NCBI GenBank assembly: GCA_002189035.1
Contig: NEEC01000495.1
Location: 1 to 23,937, forward strand
Direction: 5' to 3'
Source: Utricularia gibba
Taxonomy: Eukaryota; Plantae; Magnoliophyta
DNA: 23,937 nt
Both the position numbers and the translations under genes were made by a program. Below, piece by piece: positions 1 to 12,500 of this stretch (the stretch's first letter is position 1; each line of letters starts with the position of its first letter). The notes beneath the pieces were generated by a model. It was not told the origin of the DNA, did not search any database, and worked only from the letters and a program-made list of their open reading frames with translations.

Positions 1-136
1 AACCGTTAATAAATGCATCAAGTTTTTTGCCGAGCTACAAATGACTATGGGCCCGAGCTCGACTCGACCTCCTACGATACCGTTGCCCCACGAGAGCCTT
101 ATCAAATATAAAGCATGCGGTTGAGAAAACCATTTT

Positions 137-194
137 GGGTGCTCATGAAATCCTAACTTCAATAACTGCATCACGATTTTCGTCGAGTAGGACC
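137..194. other. Near-invariant core motif of the monomer (first copy)
   Basis: GGGTGCTCATGA(A)ATCCTAACTTCAATAACTGCATCACGATTTTCGTCGAGTAGGACC is shared by A, B and C monomers with almost no substitutions. Confidence 0.8.
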
Positions 195-2165
195 GATGTG
201 GCAAAGGAGTCAGACAGAACCTTGGGTCCGAACGAAGTTCCCAACGACATCACCGCCAGAAACGACAAGCTTTTCCTTGAGAAACTATGTAGGCAGCCTA
301 ATAAACGTTAATAAATGCATCAATATTTTTGCGGCTACAAATGACTCTGGGCCCGAGCTCGACTCGACCTCCTGCTCGATACCGTTGCCCCACGAGAGCA
401 CCTTATCAAATATAAAGCATGCGGTTGAGAAAACCATTTTGGGTGCTCATGACATCCTAACTTCAATAACTGCATCACGATTTTCGTCGAGTAGGACCCG
501 ATGTGGCAAAGGAGTCAGACCGAACCTTGGGTCAGAACGAAGTTCACAACGACATCACCCGCCAAAAACGACAAGCTTTTCCTTGAGAAACAATGTAGGC
601 GTTCTATTAAAACCAACGTTAATTAATGCATCAAGTTTTTTGCCGAGCTACAAATGACTATGGGCCCGAGCTCGACTCGACCTCCTACTCGATACCGTTG
701 CCCACGAGAGCGCCTCCTCAAATATAAAGCATGCGGTTGAGAAAACCATTTTGGGTGCTCATGACATCCTAACTTCAATAACTGCATCACGATTTTCGTC
801 GAGTAGGACCCGATGTGGCAAAGGAGTCAGACAGAACCTTGGGTCCGAACGAAGTTCCCAACGACATCACCCGCCCAGAAACGACAAGCTTTTCCTTGAG
901 AAACTATGTAGGCAGCCTAAAAAGCCGAACGTTAATAAATGCATCAATTTTTTGTCGGGCTACAAATGACTCTGGGCGAGCCGACTCGACCTTTTGCCCG
1001 ATACCGTTGCCCACGAGAGCGCCTCCTAAAATACAAAGCATGCGATTGAAAAAACATTTTGGGTGCTCATGAAATCCTAACTTCAATAACTGCATCACGA
1101 TTTTCGTCGAGTAGGACCCGATGTGGCAAAGGAGTCAGACAGAACCTTGGGTCAGAACGAAGTTCCCAACGACATCACCCGCCAGAAACGACAAGCTTTT
1201 CCTTGAGAAAACTATGTAGGCAGCCTAATAAAACCGAACGTTAATAAATGCATCAATTTTTTTTGCCGGGCTACAAATGACTCTGGGCCCGAGCTCGACT
1301 CGACCTCCTGCTCGATACCGTTGCCCCACGAGAGCCTTATCAAATATAAAAGCATGCGGTTGAGAAAACCATTTTGGGTGCTCATGAAATCCTAACTTCA
1401 ATAACTGCATCACGATTTTCGTCGAGTAGGACCCGATGTGGCAAAGGAGTCAGACGAACCTTGGTCAGAACGAAGTTCACAACGACATCACCCGCCCAAA
1501 ACGACAAGCTTTTCCTTGAGAAACATGTAGGCAGCCTATTAAAACCAACGTTAATAAATGCATCAAGTTTTTTGCCGAGCTACAAATGACTATGGGCCCG
1601 AGCTCGACTCGACCTCCTGCTCGATACCGTTGCCCACGAGAGCGCCTTCAAATATAAAGCATGCGGTTGAGAAAACCATTTTGGGTGCTCATGAATCCTA
1701 ACTTCAATAACTGCATCACGATTTTCGTCGAGTAGGACCCGATGTGGCAAAGGAGTCAGACAGAACCTTGGGTCGAACGAAGTTCCCAACGACATCACCC
1801 GCCCAGAAACGACAAGCTTTTCCTTGAGAAACTATGTAGGCAGCCTATAAAACCGAACGTTAATAAATGCATCAATTTTTTGCGGGCTACAAATGACTCT
1901 GGGAGGAGCCCGACTCGACCTTTTGCCCGATACCGTGCCCCACGAGAGCGCCTCCTAAATACAAAGCATGCGATTGAAAAAAACATTTTGGGTGCTCATG
2001 AAATCCTAACTTCAATAACTGCATCACGATTTTCGTCGAGTAGGACCCGATGTGGCAAAGGAGTCAGACCGAACCTTGGTCAGAACGAAGTTCACAACGA
2101 CATCACCCGCCCAAAACGACAAGCTTTTCCTTGAGAAACCATTGAGGCAGCCTATTAAAACCAAC

Positions 2166-5100
2166 GTTAATAAATGCATCAAGTTTTTTGCCGAGCTACA
2201 AATGACTATGGGCCCGAGCTCGACTCGACCTCCTACTCGATACCGTTGCCCCACGAGAGCACCTTATCAAATATAAAGCATGCGGTTGAGAAAACCATTT
2301 TGGGTGCTCATGAAATCCTAACTTCAATAACTGCATCACGATTTTCGTCGAGTAGGACCCGATGTGGCAAAGGAGTCAGACCGAACCTTGGTCAGAACGA
2401 AGTTCCAAAAGACATCACCCGCCCAGAAACGACAAGCTTTTCCTTGAGAAACTATGTAGGCAGCCTATAAACCAACGTTAATAAATGCATCAATTTTTTG
2501 CCGGGCTACAAATGACTCTGGGCCGAGCTCGACTCGACCTCCTGCTCGATACCGTTGCCCCACGAGAGCGCCTTATCAAATATAAAGCATGCGGTTGAGA
2601 AAACCATTTTGGGTGCTCATGAATCCTAACTTCAATAACTGCATCACGATTTTCGTCGAGTAGGACCCGATTGGCAAAGGAGTCAGACCGAACCTTGGTC
2701 AGAACGAAGTTCCAACGACATCACCCGCCAAAACGACAAGCTTTTCCTTGAGAAAACGTAGGCAGCCTAAAAACCAACGTTAATAAATGCATCAATTTTT
2801 TTTGCCGGCTACAAATGACTCTGGGCCGAGCTCGACTCGACCTCCTGCTCGATACCGTTGCCCCACGAGAGCGCCTTATCAAATATAAAGCATGCGGTTG
2901 AGAAAACCATTTTGGTGCTCATGAATCCTAACTTCAATAACTGCATCACGATTTTCGTCGAGTAGGACCCGATGTGGCAAAGGAGTCAGACCGAACCTTG
3001 GTCAGAACGAAGTTCCAAAAGACATCACCCGCCCAGAAACGACAAGCTTTTCCTTGAGAAACTATGTAGGCAGCCTAATAAAGCCGAACGTTAATAAATG
3101 CATCAATTTTTTGCCGGGCTACAAATGACTCTGGGCCCGAGCTCGACTCGACCTCCTGCTCGATACCGTTGCCCCACGAGAGTGCCTTATCAAATATAAA
3201 GCATGCGGTTGAGAAAACCATTTTGGGTGCTCATGAATCCTAACTTCAATAACTGCATCACGATTTTCGTCGAGTAGGACCCGATGTGGCAAAGGAGTCA
3301 GACCGAACCTTGGTCAGAACGAAGTTCCAACGACATCACCCGCCCAAAAACGACAAGCTTTTCCTTGAGAAACCATGAGGCAGCCTATTAAAACCAACGT
3401 TAATAAATGCATCAATTTTTTTGCCGGCTACAAATGACTCTGGGCCGAGCTCGACTCGACCTCCTGCTCGATACCGTTGCCCCACGAGAGCGCCTTATCA
3501 AATATAAAGCATGCGGTTGAGAAAACCATTTTGGGTGCTCATGAAATCCTAACTTCAATAACTGCATCACGATTTTCGTCGAGTAGGACCAGATGTGGCA
3601 AAGGAGTCAGACCGAACCTTGGGTCAGAACGAAGTTCCAACGACATCACCCGCCCAGAAAACGACAAGCTTTTCCTTGAGAAAACCATGTAGGCAGCTAT
3701 TAAAACCAACGTTAATAAATGCATCAAGTTTTTGCCGAGCTACAAATGACTATGGCCAGCTCGACTCGACCTCCTGCTCGATACCGTTGCCCCACGAGAG
3801 CGCCTTATCAAATATAAAGCATGCGGTTGAGAAAACCATTTTGGGTGCTCATGAAATCCTAACTTCAATAACTGCATCACGATTTTCGTCGAGTAGGACC
3901 CGATGTGGCAAAGGAGTCAGACCGAACCTTGGGTCAGAACGAAGTTCCAACGACATCACCCGCCAAAACGACAAGCTTTTCCTTGAGAAAACCATGTAGG
4001 CATTAAACCCAACGTTAATAAATGCATCAAGTTTTTTGCCGAGCTACAAATGACTATGGGCCCGAGCTCGACTCGACCTCCTACTCGATACCGTTGCCCC
4101 ACGAGAGCGCCTTATCAAATATAAAGCATGCGGTTGAGAAAACCATTTTGGGTGCTCATGAATCCTAACTTCAATAACTGCATCACGATTTTCGTCGAGT
4201 AGGACCCGATGTGGCAAAGGAGTCAGAACCTTGGTCAGAACGAAGTTCGACATCACCCGCCAAAACGACAAGCTTTTCCTTGAGAAACCATGTAGGCAGC
4301 CTATAAAACCAACGTTAATAAATGCATCAATTTTTTTGCCGCTACAAATGACTGGGCCCGAGCTCGACTCGACCTCCTGCTCGATACCGTTGCCCCACGA
4401 GAGTGCCTTATCAAATATAAAGCATGCGGTTGAGAAAACCATTTTGGGTGCTCATGATCCTAACTTCAATAACTGCATCACGATTTTCGTCGAGTAGGAC
4501 CCGATGTGGCAAAGGAGTCAGACCGAACCTTGGTCAGAACGAAGTTCCAAAAGACATCACCCGCCCAGAAACGACAAGCTTTTCCTTGAGAAACCATGTA
4601 GGCAGCCTATTAAAACCAACGTTAATAAATGCATCAATTTTTTTGCCGGCTACAAATGACTCTGGGCGAGCTCGACTCGACCTTTTGCTCGATACCGTTG
4701 CCCCACGAGAGCGCCTTCAAATATAAAGCATGCGGTTGAAAAACCATTTTGGGTGCTCATGAAATCCTAACTTCAATAACTGCATCACGATTTTCGTCGA
4801 GTAGGACCAGATTTGGCAAAGGAGTCAGACCGAACCTTGGGTCAGAACGAAGTTCCAACGACATCACCCGCCCAAAAACGACAAGCTTTTCCTTGAGAAA
4901 ACCATCAGCCTATTAAAACCAACCGTTAATAAATGCATCAATTTTTTGCCGAGCTACAAATGACTATGGGCCGAGCTCGACTCGACCTCCTACTCGATAC
5001 CGTTGCCCCACGAGAGCACCTTATCAAATATAAAGCATGCGGTTGAGAAAACCATTTTGGGTGCTCATGAAATCCTAACTTCAATAACTGCATCACGATT

Positions 5101-7700
5101 TTCGTCGAGTAGGACCCGATGTGGCAAAGGAGTCAGACCGAACCTTGGTCAGAACGAAGTTCCAAAAGACATCACCCGCCAGAAACGACAAGCTTTTCCT
5201 TGAGAAACATGTAGGCAGCCTATTAAAACCCAACGTTAATAAATGCATCAATTTTTTTGCGGCTACAAATGACTCTGGGCGAGCTCGACTCGACCTGCTC
5301 GATACCGTTGCCCACGAGAGCGCCTCCTCAAATATAAAGCATGCGGTTGAGAAAACCATTTTGGGTGCTCATGAAATCCTAACTTCAATAACTGCATCAC
5401 GATTTTCGTCGAGTAGGACCCGATGTGGCAAAGGAGTCAGACCGAACCTTGGGTCAGAACGAAGTTCCAACGACATCACCCGCCCAAAAACGACAAGCTT
5501 TTCCTTGAGAAACCATGTAGGCAGCCTATTAAAACCAACGTTAATAAATGCATCAAGTTTTTTTGCCGAGCTACAAATGACTATGGGCCCGAGCTCGACT
5601 CGACCTCCTGCTCGATACCGTTGCCCCACGAGAGCGCCTTATCAAATATAAAGCATGCGGTTGAGAAAACCATTTTGGGTGCTCATGATCCTAACTTCAA
5701 TAACTGCATCACGATTTTCGTCGAGTAGGACCGATTGGCAAAGGAGTCAGACCGAACCTTGGTCAGAACGAAGTTCCCAACGACATCACCCGCCCAGAAA
5801 CGACAAGCTTTTCCTTGAGAAAATGTAGGCAGCTATTAAAACCAACGTTAATAAATGCATCAAGTTTTTTGAGCTACAAATGACTATGGGCCCGAGCTCG
5901 ACTCGACCTCCTACTCGATACCGTTGCCCCACGAGAGCACCTTATCAAATATAAAGCATGCGGTTGAGAAAACCATTTTGGGTGCTCATGAAATCCTAAC
6001 TTCAATAACTGCATCACGATTTTCGTCGAGTAGGACCCGATGTGGCAAAGGAGTCAGACCGAACCTTGGTCCGAACGAAGTTCCCAACGACATCACCCGC
6101 CAGAAACGACAAGCTTTTCCTTGAGAAACCATGTAGGCAGCTATTAAAACCAAACGTTAATAAATGCATCAATTTTTTGCCGGCTACAAATGACTATGGG
6201 CCCGAGCTCGACTCGACCTCCTACTCGATACCGTTGCCCCACGAGAGCGCCTTATCAAATATAAAGCATGCGGTTGAGAAAACCATTTTGGGTGCTCATG
6301 AATCCTAACTTCAATAACTGCATCACGATTTTCGTCGAGTAGGACCCGATGTGGCAAAGGAGTCAGACCGAACCTTGGGTCAGAACGAAGTTCCAAAAGA
6401 CATCACCGCCAGAAACGACAAGCTTTTCCTTGAGAAACAATGTAGGCAGCCTATTAAAACCAACGTTAATAAATGCATCAAGTTTTTTGCCGAGCTACAA
6501 ATGACTATGGGCCCGAGCTCGACTCGACCTCCTGCTCGATACCGTTGCCCCACGAGAGTGCCTTATCAAATATAAAGCATGCGGTTGAGAAAACCATTTT
6601 GGGTGCTCATGAAATCCTAACTTCAATAACTGCATCACGATTTTCGTCGAGTAGGACCCGATGTGGCAAAGGAGTCAGACCGAACCTTGGGTCAGAACGA
6701 AGTTCCAACGACATCACCCGCCAGAAACGACAAGCTTTTCCTTGAGAAACTATGTAGGCAGCTATTAAAACCAACGTTAATAAATGCATCAATTTTTTGC
6801 CGGCTACAAATGACTCTGGGCCGAGCTCGACTCGACCTCCTGCTCGATACCGTTGCCCACGAGAGCCTTATCAAATATAAAGCATGCGGTTGAGAAAACC
6901 ATTTTGGGTGCTCATGAAATCCTAACTTCAATAACTGCATCACGATTTTCGTCGAGTAGGACCCGATGTGGCAAAGGAGTCAGACCGAACCTTGGGTCAG
7001 AACGAAGTTCCCAACGACATCACCCGCCCAAAACGACAAGCTTTTCCTTGAGAAAACCATGTAGGCAGCTATTAAAACCCCGTTAATAAATGCATCAAGT
7101 TTTTTGCCGAGCTACAAATGACTATGGGCCCGAGCTCGACTCGACCTCCTACTCGATACCGTTGCCCCACGAGAGCGCCTAAATATAAAGCATGCGGTTG
7201 AGAAAACCATTTTGGGTGCTCATGAATCCTAACTTCAATAACTGCATCACGATTTTCGTCGAGTAGGACCCGATGTGGCAAAGGAGTCAGACCGAACCTT
7301 GGGTCAGAACGAAGTTCCAAAAGACATCACCCGCCCAGAAAACGACAAGCTTTTCCTTGAGAAACTATGTAGGCAGCCTAAAAACCAACGTTAATAAATG
7401 CATCAATTTTTTTGCCGGGCTACAAATGACTCTGGGCCGAGCTCGACTCGACCTCCTACTCGATACCGTTGCCCCACGAGAGCGCCTTATCAAATATAAA
7501 GCATGCGGTTGAGAAAACATTTTGGGTGCTCATGAATCCTAACTTCAATAACTGCATCACGATTTTCGTCGAGTAGGACCGATGTGGCAAAGGAGTCAGA
7601 CCGAACCTATGGTCAGAACGAAGTTCCAAAAGACATCACCCGCCCAGAAACGACAAGCTTTTCCTTGAGAAACCATGTAGGCAGCCTATTAAAACCCAAC
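2166..7700. repeat. A/C monomer domain essentially lacking full B monomers
   Basis: About 18 monomers with A or C heads and no CACTAGAG or GGAGACAG. Only partial B-like heads occur, at 4621 and 5235. Confidence 0.75.
3090..3398. repeat. Representative C-type monomer
   Basis: Head reads CAATTTT-GCCGGGCTAC-ACTCTGGGCCCGAGCTC-CCTGCTCG-GAGTGCCTTATC. It is often preceded by the tail AAACTATGTAGG...AATAAAGCCGAAC, as here at 3058-3089. Confidence 0.75.
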
Positions 7701-8005
7701 GTTAATAAATGCATCAATTTTTTTGCAGGCTAAAAATGACTCTGGGCGAGCTCGACTCGACCTTTTGCCCGATACCGTGCCCCACTAGAGCGCCTCAAAT
7801 ACAAAGCATGCGATTGAAAAACATTTTGGGTGCTCATGAATCCTAACTTCAATAACTGCATCACGATTTTCGTCGAGTAGGACCAGATTTGGCAAAGGAG
7901 ACAGACCGAACCTTGGTCAGAACGAAGTTCACAACGACATCACCCGCCCAAAAACGACAAGCTTTTCCTTGAGAAAACCATTGAGGCAGCCTATTAAAAC
8001 CAACC
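7701..8005. repeat. Representative B-type monomer
   Basis: Diagnostic words: GCAGGCTAAAAATG, CTGGGCGAG, CCTTTTGCCCG, CCGTGCCCCACTAGAG, TACAAAGCATGCGATTG, GACCAGATTTGG, GGAGACAG, TTCACAAC, CCATTGAGG, AACCAACCGTT. Confidence 0.9.
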
Positions 8006-9535
8006 GTTAATAAATGCATCAAGTTTTTTGCCGAGCTACAAATGACTATGGGCCCGAGCTCGACTCGACCTCCTACTCGATACCGTTGCCCCGAGAGCAC
8101 CTTATCAAATATAAAGCATGCGGTTGAGAAAACCATTTTGGGTGCTCATGAAATCCTAACTTCAATAACTGCATCACGATTTTCGTCGAGTAGGACCCGA
8201 TGTGGCAAAGGAGTCAGACCGAACCTTGGTCAGAACGAAGTTCCAAAGACATCACCCGCCCAGAAACGACAAGCTTTTCCTTGAGAAACCATGTAGGCAG
8301 CCTAGTTAATAAATGCATCAATTTTTTTGCAGGCTACAAATGACTCTGGGCGAGCTCGACTCGACCTTTTGCCGATACCGTGCCCCACTAGAGCGCCTCC
8401 TCAAATATAAAGCATGCGATTGAAAAACATTTTGGGTGCTCATGAAATCCTAACTTCAATAACTGCATCACGATTTTCGTCGAGTAGGACCAGATTTGGC
8501 AAAGGAGACAGACCGAACCTTGGGTCAGAACGAAGTTCACAACGACATCACCCGCCCAAAAACGACAAGCTTTTCCTTGAGAAAACTTGAGGCAGCCTAT
8601 TAAAAACGTTAATAAATGCATCAAGTTTTTTGCCGAGCTACAAATGACTATGGGCCCGAGCTCGACTCGACCTCCTGCTCGATACCGTTGCCCCACGAGA
8701 GCACCTTATCAAATATAAAGCATGCGGTTGAGAAAACCATTTTGGGTGCTCATGAAATCCTAACTTCAATAACTGCATCACGATTTTCGTCGAGTAGGAC
8801 CCGATGTGGCAAAGGAGTCAGACCGAACCTATGGTCAGAACGAAGTTCCAAAGACATCACCCGCCCAGAAACGACAAGCTTTTCCTTGAGAAACCATGTA
8901 GGCAGCCTATTAAAACCAACGTTAATAAATGCATCAATTTTTTTGCAGGCTAAAAATGACTCTGGGCGAGCCCGACTCGACCTTTGCCCGATACCGTGCC
9001 CCACTAGAGCGCCTCCTCAACTACAAAGCATGCGATTGAAAAACATTTTGGGTGCTCATGAAATCCTAACTTCAATAACTGCATCACGATTTTCGTCGAG
9101 TAGGACCAGATTGGCAAAGGAGACAGACCGAACCTTGGGTCAGAACGAAGTTCACAACGACATCACCCGCCCAAAAACGACAAGCTTTTCCTTGAGAAAA
9201 CCATTGAGGCAGCCTATTAAAACCAACCGTTAATAAATGCATCAAGTTTTTTGCCGAGCTACAAATGACTATGGGCCCGAGCTCGACTCGACCTCCTACT
9301 CGATACCGTTGCCCCACGAGAGCCTTATCAAATATAAAGCATGCGGTTGAGAAAACCATTTTGGGTGCTCATGATCCTAACTTCAATAACTGCATCACGA
9401 TTTTCGTCGAGTAGGACCCGATGTGGCAAAGGAGTCAGACAAACCTTGGGTCCGAACGAAGTTCCCAACGACATCACCGCCAGAAACGACAAGCTTTTCC
9501 TTGAGAAACAATGTAGGCAGCTATTAAAACCCAAC
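7701..9535. repeat. B-A dimer higher-order repeat block (3 dimers)
   Basis: B monomers start at 7701, 8305 and 8921; A monomers start at 8006, 8608 and 9229. Confidence 0.85.
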
Positions 9536-12500
9536 GTTAATAAATGCATCAAGTTTTTTTGCCGAGCTACAAATGACTATGGGCCGAGCTCGACTCGACC
9601 TCCTGCTCGATACCGTTGCCCACGAGAGCGCCTCCTCAAATATAAAGCATGCGGTTGAGAAAACCATTTTGGGTGCTCATGAAATCCTAACTTCAATAAC
9701 TGCATCACGATTTTCGTCGAGTAGGACCCGATGTGGCAAAGGAGTCAGACCGAACCTTGGGTCAGAACGAAGTTCCAACGACATCACCCGCCAGAAACGA
9801 CAAGCTTTTCCTTGAGAAACTATGTAGGCAGCCTAAAACCCAACGTTAATAAATGCATCAATTTTTTGCGGGCTACAAATGACTCTGGGCCCGAGCTCGA
9901 CTCGACCTCCTGCTCGATACCGTTGCCCCACGAGAGCACCTTATCAAATAAAGCATGCGGTTGAGAAAACCATTTTGGGTGCTCATGAATCCTAACTTCA
10001 ATAACTGCATCACGATTTTCGTCGAGTAGGACCCGATGTGGCAAAGGAGTCAGACCGAACCTTGGGTCAGAACGAAGTTCAAAGACATCACCGCCCAAAC
10101 GACAAGCTTTTCCTTGAGAAAACATGTAGGCAGCTATTAAAACCAACGTTAATAAATGCATCAAGTTTTTTGCCGAGCTACAAATGACTATGGGCCGCTC
10201 GACTCGACCTCCTACTCGATACCGTTGCCCCACGAGAGCGCCTTATCAAATATAAAGCATGCGGTTGAGAAAACCATTTTGGGTGCTCATGAATCCTAAC
10301 TTCAATAACTGCATCACGATTTTCGTCGAGTAGGACCCGATTGGCAGGAGTCAGACCGAACCTTGGGTCAGAACGAAGTTCCAACGACATCACCCGCCCA
10401 GAAACGACAAGCTTTTCCTTGAGAAACATGTAGGCAGCCTATAAACCAACGTTAATAAATGCATCAATTTTTTGCCTACAAATGACTCTGGGAGCGAGCC
10501 CGACTCGACCTTTTGCCCGATACCGTGCCCCTAGAGCGCCTCCTCAAATACAAAGCATGCGATTGAGAAAAACATTTTGGGTGCTCATGAAATCCTAACT
10601 TCAATAACTGCATCACGATTTTCGTCGAGTAGGACCCGATGTGGCAAAGGAGTCAGACCGAACCTTGGGTCAGAACGAAGTTCACAACGACATCACCCGC
10701 CAAAACGACAAGCTTTTCCTTGAGAAAACCATGTAGGCAGCCTATAAACCAACGTTAATAAATGCATCAATTTTTTGCCGGCTACAAATGACTCTGGGCC
10801 CGAGCTCGACTCGACCTCCTGCTCGATACCGTTGCCCCACGAGAGTGCCTTATCAAATATAAAGCATGCGGTTGAGAAAACCATTTTGGGTGCTCATGAA
10901 TCCTAACTTCAATAACTGCATCACGATTTTCGTCGAGTAGGACCCGATGTGGCAAAGGAGTCAGACCGAACCTTGGTCAGAACGAAGTTCCAAAAGACAT
11001 CACCCGCCCAGAAACGACAAGCTTTTCCTTGAGAAACCATGTAGGCAGCCTATTAAAACCAACGTTAATAAATGCATCAATTTTTTTGCCGGCTACAAAT
11101 GACTGGGCCGAGCTCGACTCGACCTCTGCTCGATACCGTTGCCCCACGAGAGCCTTATCAAATATAAAGCATGCGGTTGAGAAAACCATTTTGGGTGCTC
11201 ATGAATCCTAACTTCAATAACTGCATCACGATTTTCGTCGAGTAGGACCCGATGTGGCAAAGGAGTCAGACCGAACCTTGGTCAGAACGAAGTTCCAAAA
11301 GACATCACCCGCCCAGAAACGACAAGCTTTTCCTTGAGAAACTATGTAGGCAGCCTATAAAGCCGAACGTTAATAAATGCATCAATTTTTTTGCCGAGCT
11401 ACAAATGACTCTGGGCCCGAGCTCGACTCGACCTCCTGCTCGATACCGTTGCCCCACGAGAGCGCCTTATCAAATATAAAGCATGCGGTTGAGAAAACCA
11501 TTTTGGGTGCTCATGAATCCTAACTTCAATAACTGCATCACGATTTTCGTCGAGTAGGACCCGATGTGGCAAAGGAGTCAGACGAACCTTGGTCAGAACG
11601 AAGTTCCAAAAGACATCACCCGCCCAAAAACGACAAGCTTTTCCTGAGAAACCATGTAGGCAGCCTATTAAAACCAACGTTAATAAATGCATCAAGTTTT
11701 TTGCGAGCTACAAATGACTATGGGCCCGAGCTCGACTCGACCTCCTGCTCGATACCGTTGCCCCACGAGAGCGCCTTATCAAATATAAAGCATGCGGTTG
11801 AGAAAACCATTTTGGGTGCTCATGAATCCTAACTTCAATAACTGCATCACGATTTTCGTCGAGTAGGACCCGATGTGGCAAAGGAGTCAGACCGAACCTT
11901 GGTCAGAACGAAGTTCAAAAGACATCACCCGCCCAGAAACGACAAGCTTTTCCTTGAGAAACATGTAGGCAGCCTATTAAACCAACGTTAATAAATGCAT
12001 CAATTTTTTTGCCGGGCTACAAATGACTCTGGGCCCGAGCTCGACTCGACCTCCTGCTCGATACCGTTGCCCCACGAGAGCCTTATCAAATATAAAGCAT
12101 GCGGTTGAGAAAACCATTTTGGGTGCTCATGAATCCTAACTTCAATAACTGCATCACGATTTTCGAGTAGGACCCGATGTGGCAAAGGAGTCAGACCGAA
12201 CCTTGGTCAGAACGAAGTTCCAAAAGACATCACCGCCCAGAAACGACAAGCTTTTCTTGAGAAACCATGTAGGCAGCCTATTAAAACCCAACGTTAATAA
12301 ATGCATCAATTTTTTGCCGGCTAAAAAATGACTCTGGGCCGAGCCCGACTCGACCTTTTGCCCGATACCGTGCCCCACTAGAGCGCCTCCTCAAATACAA
12401 AGCATGCGATTGAGAAAACATTTTGGGTGCTCATGAAATCCTAACTTCAATAACTGCATCACGATTTTCGTCGAGTAGGACCAGATTTGGCAAAGGAGAC

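Noticed and set aside
108-113. TATAAA and AATAAA words in each monomer as promoter or polyA signals
   Set aside because: Common hexamers in AT-rich patches with no associated gene, and TATAAA is TACAAA in many B copies.
5-306. Many palindromic hexamers per consensus monomer (AACGTT, ATGCAT, GGGCCC, GAGCTC, GCATGC, TCATGA, AAGCTT)
   Set aside because: Seven observed against about 5 expected by chance (314/64), so not a meaningful excess. They are useful only as restriction markers.
3315-3340. CENP-B-box-like word on the minus strand (GTCGTTGGAAC versus TTCGTTGGAAACGGGA)
   Set aside because: It lacks the essential TTCG and CGGG positions, the match is short, and the array appears to be plant, where CENP-B is not established.
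8296-8310. 11-nt deletion giving CCTAGTTAAT, and similar one-off losses near 4001, 4905, 19929 and 23203
   Set aside because: Each is a singleton not shared by any other monomer, and cannot be told apart from long-read error.
8616-9233. Longest ORF (205 aa) spanning two monomers
   Set aside because: A chance in-frame combination of indels. Equivalent dimers elsewhere are interrupted.
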